Source: Prasinococcaceae sp. CCMP 1430 (taxonomy: Eukaryota > Plantae > Prasinodermophyta). Taken from it: a DNA stretch of 12,093 bases. Of the stretch, positions 1-7,529 are shown piece by piece. The position numbers and the translations under genes are program-made. Numbering within the stretch: the first letter of the stretch is position 1; every line of letters begins with the position of its first letter. The stretch is taken from NCBI GenBank assembly GCA_013416795.1, contig RQSC01000062.1:1-12093 (forward strand), given 5' to 3'. Under the pieces are notes generated by a model that did no database searches, had not been told where the DNA came from, and saw only the letters and a list, made by a program, of their open reading frames with translations.

Positions 1-43
1 GCGCGCGCGCGCGCGGGCGTGCGCAAAAAAAAAAAGAAAAAAA
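1..43. promoter_or_regulatory. (GC)7 run plus A11-G-A7 tract upstream of CFAP44 (probable promoter-proximal element)
   Basis: Alternating GC at 1-14 and a poly(dA) tract at 25-43, ending 51 bp before the CFAP44 ATG. Function inferred from position. Confidence 0.4.
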
Positions 44-94
44 GAGCGCGGCAGAAGGCGCCTGTGCACCCTCTGGCGCGCTCGCTGCAGCAGC

Positions 95-3000
95 ATGTCG
101 GGCGTAGAGGGCGCCGCGACCGAGGGCGTGCAGGTCGAGGCCGCGGCAGTGGCCGACACCCCTACTGAGAGTCCCAATGGAGCGCCGGGAGAGGCGCAGG
201 ACCAGAGTGAGGCGCCCAAGGGCGCCGCAGAGGGCGTTGCCACCTCCGCTGAGGGTGGCGCCGAGAGCGGCAACACATCCGCTGCGAGCGCGCCGGAGCC
301 CGCTCAGGAGGCCACGGCCTTACAGGAGGCGAGAGAGGGCGCGCCCGAAGGTGGGGTGGAGGGTGAGCCAGTCGCTTTGGATGCGCCCGCGGGAGATGCG
401 GACCAGGCTGCCGACGAAGCACTCCCCGCCGACGCCGACACGGACGGCCTGGACCCCGCGGCGCGAGCGGTCTCGCCCCCCGAGGTCGATGGGCAAGAGC
501 CCGCGCGCCGTGCCTCGCCGCGCAAGGCCCCGCCTAAGCCCGTAGGGCCGTCTGTCCGGCTATCACATGCGTTCGGTTTCGATGTGCAGCGGCTGTTCAA
601 CGTCACGTACCTCACCGAGACGGTCCTGGTACACGCCGTGGGCAATACAGTGCAGATGCTCGACCTCGAGACGATGAAGACCACCTACCTGCCCGGCCTC
701 GATGGCGGCGGCATCGGCGCGGTGGCCGTGCACCCCAGCCGCGAGCGCTTTGCTGTGTGTGAGAAGGGCCGCTCGCCAGCCGTGTACGTGTACTCGTACC
801 CGAGCCTCGAGGTGGAGGCGGTGCTGCGAGGTGGCGCGGAGAAGTCGTTCACCTGCGCGGCCTTCGATACATCCGGCGAGCGGCTCGCCACTGTGGCAGG
901 CTCACCCGATTACTGGCTCACGCTGTGGGACTGGAAGGCTGAGGAGACAGTGCTCCGCTCCAAGGCGTTTGCCCAGGAGGTGTACGCCGTGCAGTTCTCG
1001 CCCTTCTTCGAGGGGCAGCTCACGACCTCTGGCACGGGCCACGTGCGCTTCTGGCAGGTGGCCTCCACCTTCACCGGTCTGAAGCTCCAGGGAACCATCG
1101 GAAAGTTCGGCAACACCGAGCTGAGCGACGTGTGCGGCTTCGCGGAGCTGCCAGACGGCAAGGTCCTCACCGGCGTGGAGAGCGGCCGCCTGCTGCTATG
1201 GGACGGCGGCCTCATCAAGGTGGAAATAACGCGCGCGGATGGTGCGCCGTGTCACCAAGGTATGATTGACTGGCTGCAGCTCGATAGCGAGCGCGGCGTG
1301 CTCTACACGGCCGGCGCAGATGGCTTCGTGCGCACGTGGGACGCGGCTGTCCTGGACGCGGCGGACACGACGGACGAGTGCAATCACTTCGAGCTCGAGC
1401 CGCTCGCCGAAACCAACCTCAGCGCGGCCGTCGGCGGTGGCGAGGGCGGGAAGGTGCATGTGCGCGCGGTGTCGCGCTCGCCGCACGCCAGCCAGCGTGA
1501 GTGGACTGTGCAGGACGGCAACGGTTCGCTGCTCAAGGTAATGTGGCCGGAGGGCGGGCCGCCACGCAGGCCAGCCGAGGGTGAGGATCAGCTGCCGGCC
1601 GACGCGTTCGAGGCACCCGCGGTGACCGTCCTCGCGCGCTTCCATGCAGGTGCCCTGACAGGCCTCGCGGCCTCGCCTGTGAGCCACCACGCAGCGACTT
1701 GTGGCGTCGATGGCCAGCTCCGCCTGTATGACTACCGCGCGCAAAAGGTCCTCTACTCGCGACAGTTCCCGGGCGTGGGCGGCGCGAGCGCACTACTGTG
1801 GCTGCCCTCTGGCGTCGATGCAAGCGCGCGCACGGTGGCTGTGGGCTTCGCGGACGGCGTTGTGCGCACTGCGGTGCGCTGTGCCGACGGCTGGAAGCTC
1901 GCGTGTGCCATCAAGCCACACACAGGCAAAGTGACCGCGCTGTCGCTCTCGCCCGACTGTGGCACGTTGGTGACCGCTGGTACCGATGGCTCTGTCTTCC
2001 TACTCAGGCTCTCGGGCAAGCCTGCGGTGCTCTCGCCAATCGGTTTCGTCTCAGCGCCCTCGGCGCCTACCACACTAGCATGGTCCGCCGACTCTGCGAG
2101 GGTGCTCGTGGGTTGTCGACAGGGCCACATTGTCGAGGTCACCGCTCCTGACGGGCCTGCCAACACTGAACACACCTTTGAGCTCCAGTTAGACGTCAAA
2201 TCCTTCGACTTCAAGCGCCCAGCGCAGGTGGCTCCCGAGAAGTCCGCAGGTGAGAAGGAGGACACGGGGGAGGAGGAGAGCGAAGAAGCCACCCCAGGTG
2301 CTGTGAATGAGGGGGAATCCCCTGCTGGAGACGATGCGGACGGCGGCGACGGGGCGGGTGACAAGGCGGCTGTCGGCGCGGGCGCAGCTGTGGCTTTGGA
2401 AGACGAACCGCTCGCGGAGGTGACCACTCTCTCGTACGTCAAGGGCGGCAATGACCGCGAGTTTGATGCGACTTTCGGTGGCTCGCTCTCGGGCGAGGTG
2501 TTCCGCTGCGACCTCGAGAGCGGCGTCGTGGTGGGTGTGGCGCCTCTGCTGCCACCTGCAGCGGCCGCTGGCCTCAACGCGGGAGAGCTCTCCTTCAGCG
2601 GGCTGAGCACCTCTGGCAAGCTCTTTCTGGCCGGCTCAGCGGACGGCCGCGTGCATGTGCGCCCGGCGAACGCGCCAGTGCCGAGCGGTGGCGATCACTC
2701 GCAGGGCGTGTACGAGGCGGCGCTCCATGACGGCGAGCGCGGTCGCATCGCGGGCATTGCGTGCTCATTCGACGATATGACGTTGCTGAGCGGCGGCGGC
2801 GACGGTGTGCTGTACGTGCGTGATCTTGGCCGCGCGTTTGTCGACCAGCTGGGCGCAGGGCGCGCCCACCACGACGGAGACGTGTCGGCGGTGCCCACTG
2901 TCAAAATGGAGCCCTTCGTGGATGGCCTCGATATTGTGGACCCCAAGGCGTACTCTATCGAGGAGGCCAAGCAGAAGGCCGAGGAGGACAACACGATGGC

Positions 3001-5671
3001 GGCAGCCGAGCGCAAGAAGGCGCACGTGCGTGAGTACATCAAGGGACTGCGCGAGCGCTTCGTGGCGCTCAGGGCGGAGAACGACGCGCTCGGGCCCGCC
3101 GGGCTGCCCGCAGCAGAGCTCGAGGTGGACCCTGGCCTGCGCTCGATGATCGAGGCGGAGACACAGGCGAAGCTTGAGCGCGCGCGCGCGGAGCTCGCAT
3201 GGGAGTCTGAGCGCAAGCGCCTCGCGCTCGAAAAGCTGCGCAACTGGTTCCTGGCCGACGTCGAGGTCGAGCGCGTCGTGCTGCGCGCTTTCCGTTCTGG
3301 CCGCAAGATCGCCTCCATTCGCACCGCCAAACTCAGCCCTGCACTCGAGGCGCAGATCCAGGAGGTGCACAGCATTGTCGCGCGCGAGGAGCGCGCGAAG
3401 CTCGAGGGTGGTACCGCCTCGACCAGTTCCGGAAAGACTGCTCGCGAGGGCGCTGCCTCGGCAAGCCCGAATGCCTCGCAAGCTGCGCTCGCGGCAGCGC
3501 ATGCGACCGACGCTGCTGCTGCAGACGAGGGGCTCTCCAAGCAGGACCTGCGCCGCCTGCAGCGCAAGCGCCGTGAGGAGGAGTGGCGCGCCTTTGAGCA
3601 GACGCGCCCCGACGAGGGCTACGAGAACCCTGCCGATGTGGCCGCCATTGAGTACGCGCGGGCGAACATGGGAGACTTCAAGCTCAAGTCGGACCCTGAC
3701 TACATTATGCCTGAGGATCAGCGCATCAACGCTGAAAAGAAGCGACGACAGATGGTCCTCCTCGCCGAGTCTATCCATTCGTTGAAGATGGGATTCAACT
3801 CGAAATTCTTTGCGCTCCGCGACCTCAAGCGGCGGCTGAGGGCAGAAATGCGCGCAGACAACGCGCGCGTGCGCGAGATTGATGCGCAGCTCGGGGAGGA
3901 ATCCGAGCTCTTTGAGCCCGAGGACAACCCTGAGGAGTATCCTGAGCGCAGGGACGAGGTGACGCAGGACGACCTCGAGGAATTCAAGGTGCTGAAGGCC
4001 CAAGAGGAGGCCGCAGCCGCGGCGAAGGCCGGGGGGGGCTTCAGCAGCGGTGGTGGTGGCGGCGCGAACAAGATCGACGCGGGCGCCAAGGGCGCTGGCG
4101 GTGCGAGGGGCGCGGCTGCTGCGGGAGGTGGCGCCGCGGCCGCGGCCGCCGTGCAAAAGAGTGGCATGAGCTTGCTGCCGCTCTCTGAGACGGAGGAGGC
4201 CGCGCTGAGTGAGCTCGAGCGCTCGGAGCGCCACGCGATGCGCGTGCGTCTGTCGCACGAGAAGTCGCGCTTGCTCGACAAGGCGCGCGGCAGCGTGGAG
4301 GCTTTTGACACCGCTCTGGCCGAGCTACGCCGAGAAAAGCTGAGGCTCGAGGTGGACCTCAAGAGCGCGGACATGAAGATGCTGGTGCTTCACCGCGAGC
4401 TCGACCTGCTGCAGGAGTGCGAGATCCGCGACAGAGCGCTCAAGGACCGGTACGAGGCGAAAGCCCGCGAACGCGCCGACGTCGTGGAGCGCATCACCGA
4501 GTGCCAGCGGCGGCTCGAGGCCAAGTCTGAGGAGGTAGACGCCCTAGTCGAAAGCAAAAAGGCCATCTTGGTCGACTTCGATCGCGCTGTCGAGGAGGGC
4601 TCTACGTTCCGCGAGCCCCTACAGAAGATCTTCCTGAAGAAGATCAAGCGCATAAAGAAGCGCTCCGCAGAGGACGATGACGACGACTACGACTCCGATG
4701 ACGAGGAGGACGACGACGACGAGGAGGATTACGACGACGAGGAGGAGGAGGAGGTCTGCCCGACAGGATGCAATCAGGCGCTCTACGAGCAGGTGTGCGA
4801 CCTGCGCGAGCAGCGGCTGGACCAGGAGGATGTCATAGCCGAGTTCGTGAGCGCAAGGGAGCAATTAAAGAAGGACAAGGATGCTCTCACCAAGAAGCAG
4901 AAGAACATTGAGACGGGCCTCAAGGCGCTCGATGGCGAGCTCATCGACTTTGAGAAGGAGAAACAGGGCAAGCTCAACGAGATCGACGTGGTAGTCACGC
5001 TGCGCATGCACCAGGTCGAGTACCTACAGGACGACGCACAGCGCCTGCCGGACGACCTGTCGCAGGCGCTGGTGTTTTCGAGAGGGGCGCTGTCCAAGCT
5101 GCGTGTGAGAATCAAGGAGCTCGTGCAGGAGAAGGCCATGCTCCGCCGTCAGCAAAAGGAGTTGCGTCGCGAGCACATCAACCTCAACCGCGAGAAGGAC
5201 GTGAAGGAGAGCCGCATCACCGAGCTGCAAGCGCGCGCCCACGACGTGCAGATGCTCAAATTCGGCCAGATCATCGACCTGGACATGCTTGATCGCATGG
5301 GCGCCAACCGCGGCGCGGAGGACATGAAGGCCAACCTCCGCCGCCAGGAGGAGGCACACGCGCAGGAGCTGCGCCAGTTGGACAGCCGTATCAAGCAAGC
5401 CAACGCCGAGCTCAGCCGCATGACGGCCGAGAACACCGACTGCCTCAATCGCGTGGCGAGTCTGACGAGCCGCAAGAAGGACCTGGACGACCAGCTGGCC
5501 AGCGCGCAGACCACGCTCTTCACCGACACTGCTGCTGCGCGCCGGAAAGAGATTCGCGAGCGCGATCGGCTCGTGCAGCTCGTCAACGCGCAGGCCAAAT
5601 CCATCGACGCGCTCAAGGCGGAGATACATATGCTGCGGCGCAAGGGGGGGCGCGTCTTTGTGTCGGGCTGA
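95..5671 (+). CDS. CFAP44: Cilia- and flagella-associated protein 44 (WDR52/FAP44), axonemal tether/tether-head complex subunit
   Basis: 1858-aa ORF from a true ATG (gcagcATG) to TGA. The N-terminal half has WD40 repeats (e.g. DYWLTLWDW, GHVRFWQV, GRLLLWDGG, DGFVRTWD, DGQLRLYDY). The C-terminal half is coiled coil with segments I recognise from CFAP44 orthologues (YSIEEAKQKAEED, LRNWFL, GDFKLKSDPDY, acidic tract then CPTGCNQALYEQVCDLREQRLDQE, KQGKLNEIDVVVTLRMHQVEY, DVQMLKFGQIIDLD). Length matches the roughly 1850-aa orthologues. Confidence 0.95.
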   Translation: MSGVEGAATEGVQVEAAAVADTPTESPNGAPGEAQDQSEAPKGAAEGVATSAEGGAESGNTSAASAPEPAQEATALQEAREGAPEGGVEGEPVALDAPAGDADQAADEALPADADTDGLDPAARAVSPPEVDGQEPARRASPRKAPPKPVGPSVRLSHAFGFDVQRLFNVTYLTETVLVHAVGNTVQMLDLETMKTTYLPGLDGGGIGAVAVHPSRERFAVCEKGRSPAVYVYSYPSLEVEAVLRGGAEKSFTCAAFDTSGERLATVAGSPDYWLTLWDWKAEETVLRSKAFAQEVYAVQFSPFFEGQLTTSGTGHVRFWQVASTFTGLKLQGTIGKFGNTELSDVCGFAELPDGKVLTGVESGRLLLWDGGLIKVEITRADGAPCHQGMIDWLQLDSERGVLYTAGADGFVRTWDAAVLDAADTTDECNHFELEPLAETNLSAAVGGGEGGKVHVRAVSRSPHASQREWTVQDGNGSLLKVMWPEGGPPRRPAEGEDQLPADAFEAPAVTVLARFHAGALTGLAASPVSHHAATCGVDGQLRLYDYRAQKVLYSRQFPGVGGASALLWLPSGVDASARTVAVGFADGVVRTAVRCADGWKLACAIKPHTGKVTALSLSPDCGTLVTAGTDGSVFLLRLSGKPAVLSPIGFVSAPSAPTTLAWSADSARVLVGCRQGHIVEVTAPDGPANTEHTFELQLDVKSFDFKRPAQVAPEKSAGEKEDTGEEESEEATPGAVNEGESPAGDDADGGDGAGDKAAVGAGAAVALEDEPLAEVTTLSYVKGGNDREFDATFGGSLSGEVFRCDLESGVVVGVAPLLPPAAAAGLNAGELSFSGLSTSGKLFLAGSADGRVHVRPANAPVPSGGDHSQGVYEAALHDGERGRIAGIACSFDDMTLLSGGGDGVLYVRDLGRAFVDQLGAGRAHHDGDVSAVPTVKMEPFVDGLDIVDPKAYSIEEAKQKAEEDNTMAAAERKKAHVREYIKGLRERFVALRAENDALGPAGLPAAELEVDPGLRSMIEAETQAKLERARAELAWESERKRLALEKLRNWFLADVEVERVVLRAFRSGRKIASIRTAKLSPALEAQIQEVHSIVAREERAKLEGGTASTSSGKTAREGAASASPNASQAALAAAHATDAAAADEGLSKQDLRRLQRKRREEEWRAFEQTRPDEGYENPADVAAIEYARANMGDFKLKSDPDYIMPEDQRINAEKKRRQMVLLAESIHSLKMGFNSKFFALRDLKRRLRAEMRADNARVREIDAQLGEESELFEPEDNPEEYPERRDEVTQDDLEEFKVLKAQEEAAAAAKAGGGFSSGGGGGANKIDAGAKGAGGARGAAAAGGGAAAAAAVQKSGMSLLPLSETEEAALSELERSERHAMRVRLSHEKSRLLDKARGSVEAFDTALAELRREKLRLEVDLKSADMKMLVLHRELDLLQECEIRDRALKDRYEAKARERADVVERITECQRRLEAKSEEVDALVESKKAILVDFDRAVEEGSTFREPLQKIFLKKIKRIKKRSAEDDDDDYDSDDEEDDDDEEDYDDEEEEEVCPTGCNQALYEQVCDLREQRLDQEDVIAEFVSAREQLKKDKDALTKKQKNIETGLKALDGELIDFEKEKQGKLNEIDVVVTLRMHQVEYLQDDAQRLPDDLSQALVFSRGALSKLRVRIKELVQEKAMLRRQQKELRREHINLNREKDVKESRITELQARAHDVQMLKFGQIIDLDMLDRMGANRGAEDMKANLRRQEEAHAQELRQLDSRIKQANAELSRMTAENTDCLNRVASLTSRKKDLDDQLASAQTTLFTDTAAARRKEIRERDRLVQLVNAQAKSIDALKAEIHMLRRKGGRVFVSG
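4670..4753 (+). repeat. Asp/Glu acidic low-complexity tract within CFAP44 (GAC/GAG repeats)
   Basis: Encodes EDDDDDYDSDDEEDDDDEEDYDDEEEEE immediately before the VCP motif. An acidic tract at this position is typical of CFAP44 proteins. Confidence 0.9.
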
Positions 5672-6036
5672 GCGCTGCCATTGTACATAATATCATCATA
5701 TCCCATTACGCTCTCGCGGCGCCTCAGTCCCTATCCATGCCTCGAGCGGGATGCGTCGCTGCTGCCTCTCCCTCAGTCAGCAACTGTGCTAGGTTGCCGA
5801 AAAGAGTGGTAGAAAACTGCGGCAGAAAGCTTCACTCGCTGAGGCGACCAGGGCTTCCTCTCAACATGAGCCATCTCACGCCCGTGCACAGAGGGAATGC
5901 TCGTGTATGTGACACCCCCATTCCACGTGCGTGACGAAAACCTGGAAAAGCGAGTGCGGTGGTGGATGGGCGCACACCGATCGACCTGATCTTGCCCACG
6001 CGGCGCCAAGCCAGCCCCTCAGGGAAAGTCGCGTGC

Positions 6037-6841
6037 TCACTCGAGCGTGCGATCGAAGGCCCATGTGCCGTGGCCCTTGCCGACGCGGTCCAGCTTCGTG
6101 ACCATGCGCGCCGCCTCGTCGATCGACTCGGCCTGCGGCCTGAGCAGATCGCCCTCCAGGAAGTCAACGAGCTGGCAGTCGTTGGCCTCGTCCGCGATAG
6201 CGTGCAGCTCAAGGAGCTTGTCCATGTTGAGCTTCTCGAGCGATAGGGCGAGCGACGCGGCGTGCAGCGCGTCGCCCTTCTCGGCGTTGTCGAACTCGGA
6301 CGGCGGAGCTCCGAGCGGTCCGAGGATGACGCGCCCGCCGCGCATCACCTGGTACTCCATCAGCATCTCGGCGTGCTCGCGCTCCTCCTTGCTCTCCTTC
6401 ATGAAGTAATGCGCAAGGCCGGGCAGTGCCACATTGTCGCGGGCGAAATATTGCGACATGGCCAGGTACATCACTGGCGGGCGAGACGAAAGGTGAAAGG
6501 TAGCACGCGCGGAGTGGCGTCAGCGCATGATCTGGCGCGCGCGGCGCGGCGCCACTGGCCGAGGGCGTCGGCGTCGCTGCGTGACGTACTTGAAGCGGCC
6601 ATCTCGACGTTGATTTGGACGTTCATTCCCGCCTCGCACGCGTCGTCGTACGCCTTGCGGCTGAGCGACATCCCGTTGAGCTCCGAGGGCGGCATCGCCT
6701 TCTGGATGGCCGCCTCGGAGAACGGCGGCGCGAACTCGATGCCGCCAGCGACGAGCGAGCCCGTCTCCGCCTCCGCCGCCGCGCGCGCCGGCGCACCGCG
6801 GCCGATGCCGCGCGCGGCGCGCACAAGGTGCGTGCAGCCAT
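6037..6841 (-). CDS. FER: Plant-type ferritin, probably a plastid-targeted precursor. Last exon 6037-6473; preceding exon runs from 6590 upward; start codon uncertain (see findings)
   Basis: Splicing 6590 to 6473 restores [58 protein letters not shown]. Ferroxidase ligands E27, Y34, E61, E62, H65, E107 and Q141 (human H numbering) are present. The C-terminus RVGKGHGTWAFD and the upstream GIEFAPPFSE resemble plant ferritin (extension peptide GVVFEPFEE). Ferritin identity is secure; 6841 as the 5' coordinate is not, because that ATG is out of frame. Confidence 0.9.
6474..6589 (-). other. Spliceosomal intron in ferritin (116 bp, phase 1)
   Basis: Donor GTACGT at 6589, branch GCTGAC at 6524-6519, pyrimidine tract ctacctttcacctttcgtctc, acceptor CCAG ending 6474. 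Removal joins A+TG in frame and gives a gap-free match to ferritin helix A. Confidence 0.92.
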
Positions 6842-7002
6842 CGCTGCGGCGAGGGAGGTCCGCGTGCGCCACGCCTGCCCGGCGGCCCCCGCGCGCGCTG
6901 TGGCGCCAGAGGGGAAGGAAGCGCCTCGTCAGCGCCGCCAGTGCTTCGCCGCGCTGCGTAAATTGGACGCCCCCCGCAGCAGTTTCGGTCCTTCGAGGCC
7001 AC

Positions 7003-7068
7003 TACGGAATCCTTACTTAATCTTTCAGCTACAATAGGATTCCATAAATAAATGCGGTGGATTCCGTA
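7003..7068. promoter_or_regulatory. Three copies of GGATTCCRTA upstream of ferritin (candidate cis-element cluster)
   Basis: GGATTCCGTA on the minus strand (7012-7003), GGATTCCATA at 7037-7046 and GGATTCCGTA at 7059-7068, in an AT-rich island. The repeat is seen directly; function is inferred only. Confidence 0.4.
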
Positions 7069-7391
7069 TCTGTTCTTTGCTCGAAGGCACTTACTTGGGG
7101 TTCGGAAACTTTTGCGCGCGCAAAAAAGGCGCGCGAAAGCGGCGGCGCCAGGGTCCGCCATCAAAAAGCACGTGGAAATGCAGGGTCTGCATTCACGCCG
7201 CGTATACACTTGAAAAGGAATGCAATGGGGTGCGGAGGCCTTGCGTATTTTGGGTTTGTTTCGAAACCTCAACCCCAGCCGTGGGGGCGCGGCGCGCGCC
7301 CCGACGGTCTCCGGCGCGCGCCTGCGCGCGCTGGCGGTGGGGGGCACACACGCGCACGCGAGCGCGGGCGGCGCGCTCTGGACAGACGTGT

Positions 7392-7425
7392 GGGCGGGAG
7401 GGTGGGAAGGTGGGATGGGGCGGGG
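7392..7425 (+). other. Putative G-quadruplex-forming sequence
   Basis: GGGCGGGAGGGTGGGAAGGTGGGATGGGGCGGGG: seven runs of at least 3 G, the first four with 1-nt loops. Confidence 0.7.
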
Positions 7426-7529
7426 CGCGGTGGAGTGAGTGAACGAGAGGGGAGGGCAAGGGACCCGCCCAGCGGCTCACCTCGCGCGGAGCGGGCTCCG
7501 CTGCGCGGCGCGGCTGGCCACGGGCAACG

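Noticed and set aside
2695-4374. Long antisense ORFs over CFAP44 (2765-4258, 497 aa; 2695-3567; 3718-4374) and similar ones over GT29 and the SAP gene
   Set aside because: Expected shadow frames in high-GC coding DNA with few stop codons; translations are Arg/Ala/Ser-rich or Leu/Val mirror images with no recognisable domain.
5872-5981. Short matches (GCACACCGAT, GGCGTGAGATG) shared with 8171-8198
   Set aside because: 10-11-bp matches in inconsistent orientation are expected by chance in a window of this size; not a dispersed repeat or MITE.
6771-6796. A 26-nt GT..AG micro-intron that would put ferritin ATG 6841 in frame
   Set aside because: Far shorter than the 116-118-bp confirmed introns, with no branch point or pyrimidine tract and a weak GAG acceptor.
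6931-6955. CAGTGC loop-like sequence reminiscent of an iron-responsive element
   Set aside because: It is on the strand opposite the ferritin mRNA, the stem is poor, and IRE/IRP control is an animal system.
6992-7005. TTCGAGGCCACTAC resembles the plant ferritin IDRS element (CACGAGGCCGCCAC as I recall it), 10 of 14 matches
   Set aside because: A four-mismatch hit to a GC-rich 14-mer is likely by chance here, and it is antisense to ferritin.
7089-7098. ACTTACTTGG looks like the 5' end of U1 snRNA
   Set aside because: No U1 stem-loops or Sm site follow; it is better read as the reverse complement of a splice donor (CCAA|GTAAGT).
6520-7347. 275-aa minus-strand ORF spanning the ferritin upstream region
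   Set aside because: Runs through AT-rich promoter-like DNA and a non-ferritin frame; no homology-like features.
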